Shown: positions 11,750-23,280 of the stretch, piece after piece
Layout of the letters: each line of letters opens with the position of its first letter
Position numbering within the stretch: position 1 is the stretch's first letter
Origin: Azolla caroliniana
Taxonomy: Eukaryota > Plantae > Polypodiophyta
Length of the DNA stretch: 52,104 nucleotides
NCBI GenBank assembly: GCA_043228905.1
Contig: JBHGNT010000211.1
Location: forward strand, 1 to 52,104
Direction: 5' to 3'
The notes under the pieces: model-generated
Told to the model about the DNA's origin: nothing
What the model saw: only the letters and a program-made list of their open reading frames with translations
Database searches by the model: none
Translations under genes and position numbers: made by a program

Positions 11750-14700
11750 ATGTCTCATCCAAAGAGGCCATTAAGCCAGATTTCAACTAGCTTCAGTTCC
11801 TCCTCCGCCATCACGGTCCCCTCAGCCTCGGACTCTTATAACGACACAATGATCAAGAAACCTAAACAACAACAACAACAGCATCAAAATTTGCCTGATG
11901 GCCTTAACCCTAGATCTGATGGTGCACAACTCTTCAATCCTTCCGCAGGTGTAGGAGACAACGGTCCAGAGGATATCCTCATGGATATGAAGGCAGAAGG
12001 TTTATCTGGATCCTCGTCTATTTCTGGAACTGCTGCAAATCTCTCACGAAAGAAGGCCACTCCTCCTCAACCGAAACGATTAGTCATCAAACCTTTCAAA
12101 GGTGAGTTCTTTCTAAAATTGATCTTTGTTAGGGGTTAATTAATCAGTGTGCTGAAAGTGGTCTAGAATCCTAGTGCTTGGGAATATATGTGCACGTTCT
12201 GTCAGAAATTAAAACTTTTCTGGTTATGAAACAAAATTCAACGTAGGGAATATATGAAAGTTTATACTAAACTTTGTACTCAGCTGGAAATATTATCGAC
12301 GGGAACAATATCCAGCTGAATCTGGAAATGTTACTAGCAAATTCCAGTAAATTTGCAATGCATCCCGATAAGGTCATGTTATGGTAGGAATAGTCTGCTA
12401 ATGCAAGGTGCCATCATTCAGCAAAGTAGCTGCTTGAATTTTTCTAGGTGCCAGTTAGAAACCTTTATAGAGGAACCAAAATCAGAAAAAGTATAGTCTT
12501 TCTACAGAAATCCTAAAAAGTTTTTTGTTTTTTCTTATAATTTGCATTACATGGTGGTCTGGACATTTTCTATTCCCAATTACCACATCAAAATGGAAAC
12601 ATTTAAAACAAATTTGAAAAACTTAAAGAAGTTGTTCAATGAAAGTTTTGAATATGAAGTTTGCTCCAAATTAGAACTCAAGTGTCATATACTAACCACT
12701 TTTGTTATCTATGTATTATTAGCAGAGTGTGGAAATAAAATGGATTGTATTTTTCTGTTTTGTGCAAATAATCTACATAATGGCATAATTCACAAGAAGA
12801 GAGGATTGAAAATGATAGTGCTCAAATTTTTTGTGCATGTCAGATCATGTGTGATAGACATCTGGAAACTTATAGTTATGTAAATTTTAGGTGTATCTTT
12901 TATTTTGTAATATTTAGCCCATGTCTACTTGCTTAATTGCTTCTGAGTGTTACTTGCACATTTATGGTAATGAGTATCAATCTTTCACTAATGACACTCT
13001 TTCCAATGTGAATGGCATTCTTGCTCACTATAGTCAGTTCCTTAGGTTGAAGCAATGTAAAAACCATGTCTACTTGAATAATGCATTGATGATTGATCAG
13101 TGAAGATTAAGATTTTTTTAATTCTTAATATATTTATACATTGTGTCTGTGTTACAATTTTCTGATATATTGTATTTCTTTTAGACAAACCAAAGCTTCC
13201 AACAAATTTTGAAGAGGTAACATGGGCTAAAATACGGGAAGCAGTTACTGCCATACATTTAAAGCAGCCTGTATCATGCAGTTTAGAGGAACTTTATCGA
13301 GTAAGGAATTCGGAGTAGTTTGAGTGCTTTTACAGTGTAAAATTTGGATATTCATAAATTTTCAATTTGACTGATTTTCTTGCAGGCAGTCGAGGACTTA
13401 TGCGTGCACAAAATGGCAAGCAATCTCTATAATCGGCTTCAGCAAGAATGTGAGATGCACATAGCTAACAAACTGCAATCTTTAGTTGGTCAAAGTCCGG
13501 ATGCCGTGGTCTTTCTATCACTTGTTGAAAAGTGCTGGCATGATCATTGTGACCAGATGTTGATGATCCGTAGCATAGCGCTATATTTGGATCGAACATA
13601 TGTGATACAGGCTTCAAATGCAAGGTCACTATGGGATATGGGTCTACAACTCTTCCGCAAGCACTTGGCGTTATGCTCAGAAGTAGAGCAGAAGACGGTG
13701 AATGGTCTACTAAAAGTCATTGAAAAAGAAAGGTATATTCCATATGCACATTTGCTTGTTTTAATACTAGCTTGTTGATGTGGCAATGGTTCCATCTTGA
13801 CATCGGTAGATGGCTTGAGACAGACTGGGTGAGACTGTTGATCGGACCCTCTTAAAACACCTTCTTCGAATGTTCAGTGCTTTGAGTATTTATGTGGAGA
13901 GCTTCGAAAAACCCTTCATTTCTTGTACATCAGACTTCTATGCTGCAGAAGGAACTCGATTTATGCAACAGACAGATGTACCGGATTATCTCAAGCATGT
14001 TGAGGTTAGAAATGCTCATTGTTATTTTGCAACAATCGAGTGTCTGAAAAGGTTTCTAATTTCTTAAAGTAATCTCATACATACAGGTCAGATTACATGA
14101 AGAGCATGAGCGATGCTTGGTCTACTTGGATGCTACTACTCGTAAGGCTTTAGTTGCTACTGCTGAGAAACAGCTCCTTGAACGTCACACATCAGTCATT
14201 TTGGATAAGGTCAGCTACTATAGGTATCCTATGTAGTGGAAAACTCTTGACTTACCCCTGAGTTTTTCTTTACTTTCCCGTGCCTTGCGTTTTCATTATT
14301 TCCCCAAATGCTCCTGTCAAGACAAAAGAAGCATGTGTTATTTGAGCAAAATTTCAACTTTTTCTCCCTGTGTGGGGTTCTCCAAGGGTTTTTTGGAGAA
14401 ATAATGACTCAGGGATTTGGGAAAATAAAGAACGATTCTGGGGTATTTTTGAAATTTTCACATACACTGGAATCCAGCTAATTTTATATGAAACTTCATC
14501 ACACAGGGATTTAGTATGCTGATGGATGCAAATCGGATTTCTGACCTTCAACGAATGCATAACTTGTTCTCAAGGGTTGGAGCTTTAGAGCTGCTTAAAC
14601 AATCACTAAGTGCATACATTAAGGCCTCTGGTAATGGTGTTATTATGGATGATGAAAAAGACAAAGACATGGTTTCATGGCTTCTAGATTTCAAAGCCCG

Positions 14701-17700
14701 TCTTGATATGGTTTGGGAGGAGAGCTTCTCCAAAAATGAAGCTTTTGCCAATGCTATTAAGGATGCATTTGAACACCTTATCAATTTGCGTCAGGTGCTG
14801 CTTGAATCATTATGGTTGTTTCCTGATTAGTCTAGGTTCTTAACCATTGTTTTCTCTCATTTTAACATGCAATGCAGAATCGACCAGCAGAACTAATTGC
14901 AAAGTTCATCGATGCCAAGCTGAGGGCTGGTAATAAAGGTACATCTGAAGAGGAGCTCGAAAGTACCTTGGATAGAGTGCTTATATTGTTCAGATTTATA
15001 CAGGTTAGAACCTATATAATACAGAATTTAATGATACCTGCATTGTTAGTGTTTTTAACAGTTACAGAGACTGTTGACTATACTTTTGCTTGTGTTTACT
15101 AGGGTAAAGATGTATTTGAAGCATTCTATAAGAAGGATCTGGCAAAAAGGCTCCTTCTAGGGAAAAGTGCATCCATTGATGCTGAGAAGTCAATGATTTC
15201 CAAGGTCACTTGGTTTTCTTGTGTTTTTCCACATCACTGTGTTGCATAATGTTTTTTATTGGGTTGGATATGTAAAATGGCCTTGTTACTGCTACAGCTC
15301 AAAACAGAATGTGGTAGCCAATTCACAAATAAACTGGAAGGCATGTTCAAAGTAAGCTAGCTTAACAAATTATTACCTTCAGGGATATATTCACAGTTCA
15401 GGAGATGTGACATCATCTTTCTGTATCAGGATATTGAACTCTCAAAGGAAATTAATGAGTCTTTTAAGCAGTCTTCGCAAGCTAGAACCAAGTTACCTCC
15501 TGGCATTGAGATGAGTGTGCATGTATTAACAACTGGGTAAGGTGCCAGAAGCCATGTGATAAACTGATCTAGGATATGTATTTTCTTAGTATTCTAGAAG
15601 CAGTTTTTGTTTTAATTGTTGATGATTTTCAATGTAATTCGATGCATTTATCTCACCCATTGCAATGTCATTTCTTACTAACTGTTAGTTTTGCTTTATC
15701 TTGAAGGTACTGGCCAACATACCCACCTATGGAAGTTAGGCTACCTCACGAATCTAATGTGTATCAGGTAAGACCTTTGCGTGTTTAGTGCACACGTGGT
15801 AAGTGGATATTTTCCAATGTGACTTTTCTTGAATCTAGCTGGAAATATGGTGGGTTATGTGTTGTGGGAGACAACATTATAGGTATTGGAAGGGCCACTT
15901 GGTTATATCTTAATATACATAAGTAATATATGGGAGCCACTAAATATGGTGACATAAATGTAGTGCCTGCATTCTATTTGGTTACTTTTTTAAATTACAA
16001 GGACAATCCTCACTGACTCACTTTATAGTACAATATGTGAATGACATGCCATTATATTGTGAATTTATAGTGACGATGACAATAAATTTGTTGAAAGAGG
16101 AGACCATTCACTAAATTAAGGTTTGAAACACTAGATTAATGGCATAATCTTAGTGTTTAGAAAGTCGATGTAAATTTTAAAATGTCCTGGAATGTCTGTT
16201 AACTTTGGCTCTAGTTACATTCTGCATCCAATCAATGTAACATAACAATTTTATCATTATCATAATCTCTGTTGGTTTCTGTACGAAACATAACTAGATT
16301 GCCTTTAATGTCTCATTGTCCACCACATTAGATAGTTGCAAGATGGTCTTCTGAAAATGATGGGAAAGAAAAGTAATGCTTCTCATATGACAATTACGTT
16401 CAAAATCTGAAGTATAAAGTTACAGAAGGGAAATCAAAGTCATTATCCTGAAAAGGAGGTATTTTGGGGATGCCATTTGGTAACAGCCATATGGTTTTGT
16501 TGTATTGAAGTTTTTAGTGCATTGATCATTATTTATTTGGATGCAGGACATTTTTAAAGAGTTCTATCTAAGCAAGCATAGTGGGCGTAGGCTTATGTGG
16601 CAGAACTCTTTGGGTCATTGTGTTTTGAAAGCTGATTATCCCAAGGGGAAGAAAGAACTATCAGTATCGCTTTTCCAGGTATGTACATATATTCAAAAGC
16701 TTTGTTTATATCATTGCGAAGATTTTCGAATGTTTGTGCTGATTTCTGTCTGCATGTGTAGACAGTGGTATTGATGCTGTTCAATAGTGTTGATAGGCTA
16801 AGTTTCCAAGAAATCAAAGACACTACAGCCATTGAGGACAAAGAGCTTCGCAGAACTCTTCAGTCTTTAGCCTGTGGGAAAGTTAGAGTCTTGACAAAGG
16901 TATAAAATTTGAACGCATATAATTAATTTGAAAGGTAAGATGTTTTTTATACATTCCATGTGTTGTTATCTTAGCATATTTGATCTGCTTCCATGATATT
17001 GTAGTCCTTTTACTTTGCAGCTTCAAGGATGAATGACTAAAGTTGTCAAGAATCGTGAGGTCGAAGCTGTTAGCATGCTCTAATTACCTTCTGTGCTTTT
17101 TGCAGGAACCTAAAGGAAGAGATGTTGAGGATGAAGATTCCTTTGCTTTCAATGAAGATTTCGTTGCCCCCCTTTTCCGAATAAAGGCATAAGCAATGAT
17201 CTCTCTGCTTTTTAAGGCAATGTGTCCCATGTTGAAGATCAGCATTATAACTGAACTTCTTTTATGGATGTAGGTCAATGCCATTCAGCTGAAAGAAACC
17301 ATTGAAGAAAATACAAGTACAACAGAAAGGGTCTTTCAGGATAGACAGTATCAGGTAATCAAAAATCATAATGAAGAATTCCTGATTAAGAGTATTCTTG
17401 TTTTATGAAATGGTTTGAAAGTTACGTGGGTCTCATTGCAGATAGATGCTGCGATAGTTCGCATCATGAAGACAAGAAAGGTTCTGAGCCATACTTTGCT
17501 GATAACTGAGCTCTTCCAACAGGTTGTGCGTCCATTTTTCGGGTTTCTTGGATTTAGATTATTCTGTGTGTGATGTATTGCCGTAAATGCTTATGTAACG
17601 AGCTTTATTATTGTTTGGTTGTCTATAGCTCAAATTTCCAATAAAGCCCGCAGACTTGAAGAAAAGGATAGAGAGCTTGATTGATAGAGAGTATCTGGAA

Positions 17701-17742
17701 AGGGACAAAGGAAACCCACAGATATACAACTATCTGGCTTGA
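11750..17742 (+). CDS. CUL4: Cullin-4 (about 827 aa, 17 exons)
   Basis: Exons 11750-12101, 13185-13300, 13386-13732, 13824-14004, 14087-14209, 14507-14794, 14878-15003, 15103-15204, 15298-15351, 15430-15536, 15707-15767, 16547-16678, 16762-16899, 17106-17186, 17274-17354, 17442-17522 and 17629-17742 total 2484 nt. Motifs include [63 protein letters not shown], the neddylation motif [13 protein letters not shown] and C-terminal IYNYLA*. Confidence 0.97.
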
Positions 17743-18939
17743 TTCTACAGGTGGCAAATTTGTCTGGCTTTTCAACATGTTCTAAAACTTCTTTCTGTAT
17801 CTTAAAGATATACTAGAAGTTGCCTGAAACACTTTGGGAATGTGATGTTGTGAATGATCCTCAGGATACGAAAAGCAAAGCTTCTACATTATGTGCCTTT
17901 TTGCTATATTAGACAGAAAGGAGCTTGATGAAGAGAAATGGAGAATTTTGTAGAAAAGAAAGGGGATCTGTTTTGTAAAACTGCTTCATGGCAATATCTA
18001 GTGTGTTTATTATATACAAAAGGTTCTCAAATTGTCATGGGGGAAGTCACCTGGCATATGATAAAAAACTTTCGAGTGGAGTGTAAGGGAAAATATCAGC
18101 ACTGTTGATTTAATATTCGGTTTTTTCCTCATTTGTGTGTTTATAGGTGGTTAATTGGTTACAATTTTTTGTATTTGTTTGTTGAACACATTCTTTTGCT
18201 AGTCATCTCTTGCATTGATTGGAATTTTCTACATAATAAACCTTGTTCCCAAGCCATTTTCTTTGTAGAATTCTTGTGATCAATGATGGAGCAAATGACT
18301 ATTGCCTAGGAAAGTACTTTGCCATCTGTAGGAAACGACTATTCACGAAAATTAACATTGTAATTTCGAAGTTTTGCTAGATTTCAAACTCATGAGCCTT
18401 TTGCACAAAGTATATGTTATTACCTCAGCTTACTTATGATTGCAAATACTACTGTAATGTTTCATAATTGTATATTTGTGTTATGGTTTCACCTGTTTGT
18501 GCACCACTGTTTCCCAGCTTTAATGTTGTATATCATAAAAATCTATACTTAGTTAACAAACTCTTTTTTGTTTGACATTTCAATAGGCTATTAAACAAAA
18601 CAATAAAAATGTAGTGTGAAACTCAATTTGTGGCCTAGTCAAGGAGTCAATGGATAGACCAAGCCTAGTCCCAAGCTTGAACTCCCATTATCAATCATGG
18701 GATGTATTCATGCTCATGTTCATTTCTAGGGAGTCTGATATATACTAAGCTTCCAAGTCTTTCAAAGTCTAGCCTTTGTTGCCATACCAAAATATACTAT
18801 CTTATTCAAGAATGCCTTTTGATTACTACCTTCTTCATTTAGAAATACCAAACCTTGATGAAAGTGTAAATTCACATGAGTATTAGTTTCAACTTTAGAA
18901 GTTCAAATTTATGTTTGTGTTGTTTTAGTGATAGCTTTT

Positions 18940-19270
18940 GCTTTATGATGTCATTGAATGTTTGAGTCTCAAGCAATAGGCTTGATTTTTTGTTCATTAT
19001 AAAACTAATTATAAATTGAGCTTGAGGTAATTTCTTTGGAGAAGTTTGGCATACAACTCTTGCATTAGCCATGTCTACATAATACAAAAAAAAGCAAACA
19101 AAAAAAACAAATTCTTCCACTAGTACTATATGCCAAATGAAGAAGAGAAAGGGATGCGTCTAATAACAATTGGATAAAAGGTATTAATGAAACATTAACT
19201 CTAGCATGGGTAAGTAATTTGTTGTGATGTGATGCCCAATGACATATGAATGGGCTACCAAGGATCAACG
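18940..19270 (-). mobile_element. Possible heavily decayed hAT-like DNA transposase relic
   Basis: Minus-strand fragments SPFICHWASHHNKLL and CQTSPKKLPQ..MNKKSSLLLETQTF loosely resemble the hAT HC.AH..NL and F..SPKR...TRW region. The match is weak and spans frameshifts. Confidence 0.25.
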
Positions 19271-19294
19271 ATTAGGAATGACATCAACAGAAAC

Positions 19295-19456
19295 TAGTGT
19301 CAATTAAGCTTGTGAATATGTATGCATATATCATCACAAGACATGGAGATATGAATTGGCGACATTAATTAAATTGGGTAGTGTCAATTAGCTTGTGAAT
19401 ATGGATGGATATATATATATCATCACAAGAGATGCAGATAAGAATCGGAGACATTA
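19295..19456 (+). repeat. Degenerate tandem duplication (about 84-bp period); each copy has a CTTGTGA...TCACAAG stem-loop
   Basis: TAGTGTCAATTA(A)GCTTGTGAATATG...ATCATCACAAGA...GACATTA starts at 19295 and 19379. Confidence 0.8.
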
Positions 19457-19626
19457 GGTGGACATCCGGTGCGTCCGAACGATGAGAAGAATTTGGAAAA
19501 GTGAGTAAGGGTATCTCCTATAATTTCCTTAACCTTTATTTCGTCTCCTCCTCCTCCTCCTCCTCTTCTTCTTCTTCTTCTTCGTGGCGGAGCTGGCCCA
19601 CTGAAATTCTCTCCGTGTTCTCGATC

Positions 19627-22154
19627 ATGGACAGAGCAGACGCAGAAACAGGAACAGGAACAGGAACAGATGATGGAAAGGTTCACCAGGCATGGAGTCC
19701 TCCTCCACGCAGTCATGGAATCAGTCCCGCAGGAAGACCTCTGGACTATCAAGGAGGCCAGGGATGGCCTGCTCGTATCGTTTCTCGCTCTCTCTGTGCA
19801 GGTTATTCCTTTCTCTTGTTACAATTTTGTTTCGCCATTCAGAATTGCATTTCTTCTTCTTCTTCGTTTTCTTTTCCTCTTGTGTACGAATCTTCTGTGA
19901 AATCGTTTCCTTGTGCTGTCGAGTTTCGGTTCTGTATATATTCTCCGGGGCCGGATTTTCTGATTGTGATTGTAACATCAATTTCTTCTAGTATTGTGTT
20001 TCGGCTTGATTTGATTCTCTGAAGAAGCATCTTCCTTCTTCTCATGTGTTTTATTTTGCCATGTATAATTCAGAAGAGAATTTTTTGATCTTTTGATAAA
20101 TTTGTTTTATTTAATCACTTCTTCTTTATTAGAATGTGAATTTCTCTAAGCAGTAGAAACAAATCAATTAGAGATCCAAAGCTTTATTTTTAGCTGCACC
20201 TCATTCTTTGGTAGACATTTTTCAAGGTGTCTTCAAATTTGGTTTTCTTGATCCATGTTTTTATTTTGATTTTCAAATCGCCAGAGGTCCTTCCTCATCT
20301 TCTTCTGTTTTTCTGGAGTCTATGAAAGAATCTTTTGAGTTCTCACTATGCTTCACTCCAAACATGCTGCTTTCTTAGTACAAGAACAGACTCAATCTGA
20401 GATTAGAAAGCATAAATTTTTAACCGTAAATTTTTATGTGATTATTCATCTTCTTCTGTGTTTCGATGAAAATTTGCTCTTTTCTTGCTATAAAAACATT
20501 TAAAAAAACAGCTCAGCTCAATTCGAGATTAGAACCATCATTTTAACTGTAATGGACAATCTCTTGTGGTACATATAATTCAGGGTTGGCTGATTGATTG
20601 ACTGATAGAAATTCAGCCTTCTTTGTCTCCATTGTTCAGATTTGGTTTCCATCTGGAATGATTGTTAATGATATTGCTTGTGTTTCTAAATTTCAGTTCA
20701 CTATAGTGTTTTGATAGCCAAAAACAATTTCAATCTATGGTCAAATACAACACATTGCTTTGGTCAACTCATTCTTGATATTATTTTTTATACTCTTGTA
20801 ACTGGCACGTGTGACTTCTGTAATAGCATAAAATGTAATTGGTAAACCACTGCAATTATAAACATGGACCCGACTTGGCAAGTCAAGTGCTTGAAAACTC
20901 ACAAAAATCGCTTTTTGGATTTTATTCAGCTGCAATTGGCTCAGTAGCTGGTGTAGGCATTGGAATTTATAAAAGACAACCCCCTCTACGTTGGTTTACA
21001 TCAGCTGGAATCAATTGTGCCATAGCCACGTGCTGTTTTTGTGGTATAGATACGAAATTCATCAGTTATTAAACCATATATTTGCTTTATCTAGCTACCC
21101 AACAGAGCTTCAATTTTATACTGTGAATTCCTAGTTTTAGGCGAATAATATGTCCAATCAAGTTCCTGATTTGCAAAATGTTTTGTGTAAAACTGAAGGA
21201 TTTCAAGAGTTGACACGTGAACTTAGAGCTGCTGATCCAGATGATTGGGCAAATTTTTTTCTTGGAGGGCTTGCAAGCGGTGCTCTTCTTGGCAGGATTC
21301 ATGGTTAGTGCTAATCATTAAGAAGGAAACATTCTCATCTTTCTTCATGTAACATTTTCAAACATAATGAGGTGCTGTGAATTCCATAGAGTGAAACATT
21401 AAAAGCCGAACAGTGCCTCATAACATGAAGTGCTGCTATTATATGGGTTTTGATGAGTTAAAAATAAAGATCTAGAAGACATAGTTGCAAGAAACCGTGC
21501 TTCTCCTGAAACAGAGAAATGACCTTTGAGCGATAAGAAGATAGGGAGAGAAATGACCTTTGTTTTTTTATTCTCTTACAACTTGAACTTATTACATACA
21601 TATTATGCATACGAACATCTGTTATTGTACTGGGTAAATGTACAATTACAATGTTGTACAAAAGCAACAAAAACTATTACCAAATCCTGGTTAGCTTTAT
21701 TTAATAGTAGTCCCTATATTTTCAAAATTAGTTCTAATGTTTGTCTAAACTCAACAAAGTAGCCTTAAATATGTGTATGATTTGGATCAAGTTCTAACAT
21801 GAGCATGTCTCACTCATTACAGGTGGCCCTTCCAGGGCTTTACCAACTGCAATTGTATTTGCGACAGTGGGCACAGGAATTCAATTGGCTTCACTTCATG
21901 TAGCTGAATACAGATTACGGCATTTTCTCAACAAGGTTGATAAAGAGACAGAACCTACATCTAGAATATCAACAGATATTGTCACCAGTGTAACAAAAAC
22001 AAAAGCTTGGCTAGATTTTGAACTACCAGAATGGTTTCCTATTAAAAAATTTGATGAGGAGGCTGCAAAGAAACGTGCTATAGAGAGAGAACTTCAACGT
22101 AGAAAGCGGCTTGAAAGCTTGCATACGGGAGCCTTTCCTGTAGAAGATCATTGA
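19627..22154 (+). CDS. Tim17/Tim22/Tim23 (PRAT) family membrane protein (about 241 aa; resembles Arabidopsis At5g63000 from memory)
   Basis: Exons 19627-19801, 20930-21043, 21199-21303 and 21823-22154 total 726 nt with phase-1 GT-AG introns. GxxxG-rich helices include AAIGSVAGVGIG, FQELTRELRAADPDDWANFFLGGLASGALLGRIHGG and AIVFATVGTG. The C-terminal region has LPEWFPIKKFDEEAAKKR. Confidence 0.85.
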
Positions 22155-23280
22155 GATAAAAAACATTATATGATATATACCGTCATGGTAATGTAGTATA
22201 CATAACATTAATGATCATTTTGGATATAAGCTGCTATTAGAAAAAGAGGTGTTTATCATTCTTGAGGTTCCAGATTCCAAAGACACAAATGGGCAAGCCA
22301 AATATATGTTGAATCTTTCATTCTGCAATATTTGAACTCCCATTATGTCAATAAAGAGCCTTTGAAGAGGTGATGTATTACTTTTCTGTTTCCTGTTTCC
22401 TATCTTCCTGTGTTACTAGATATAGTATTGTAAACAGGTACTCTTCTCACCAATCCCGCCAAACCCCAACCTCACCACATTGGTGCACATGTTACCAATA
22501 CCATCACATAGATGTAATATGCTGAACTATTTTGAGTGAAGACTTACTTTTCCTCCCTTTTCTCATGCAAACACATACGGAATTTTTCATTCTCTTGTAT
22601 CTCATCCTGTCCATCACATTGATATGCATGTTACCAATACTAAATAATGCAGAATTGGATGCTAAAAGGATTGTACATGTCAGTTTTGTTAGAAAAGCCC
22701 TCAACATTTGTGCCTCACTCTGACATCATTAGTTGAGAAAATAATATGAAGGGTTGAAGTGGATATGTGCAAGGGAATGGATTGAATAACCCATCCATGC
22801 ATGCTTCACACTATTTAAACATGCCCACTTGATCTCTCCGCATGGAAAACTATAAATAATAGCTATAGTTCGTTAGGCTAGGCAAAGAATCACCATACCA
22901 TCATATCAAAGTGAAAAATTGCCACAATGAGAAGAACCCTTGGCTTGTATTTAGCAAGCTTATATAAGATTCATGCTTTTCAGTGCAACGAAGTAAAGAA
23001 AGCTAAGCTTCAGGCTTTTCTACATTAACAGAGAATTTTCTCTCAAAAGCATGCTTCATTTAAATGGTATCAAGAAAAAGAGAAGAGAAGGAGAGAAAAA
23101 ATCAAACCAAGCACGGAAATCTACATTAGATATTACTGACTTACAAGACCATCATGGGCTGTTGTTTTGTCAACTTGGAAAAACACACCAAACTAAAACA
23201 AAAGAAAATACTAGTAGAGCAGAACAAGAAGTAATTGTTCAGCAAGAGCAAATTCAATATGATCATCTCTATCTTGCCCA

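Noticed and set aside
11069-11786. ORFs in the CUL4 upstream region
   Set aside because: They are products of CTT, CAG and GA microsatellites in the 5' UTR.
19670-19900. MMERFTRHG... frame as first exon of the PRAT gene
   Set aside because: It reaches the 19801 donor in phase 0, but exon 2 needs phase 1, which the ATG 19627 frame provides.
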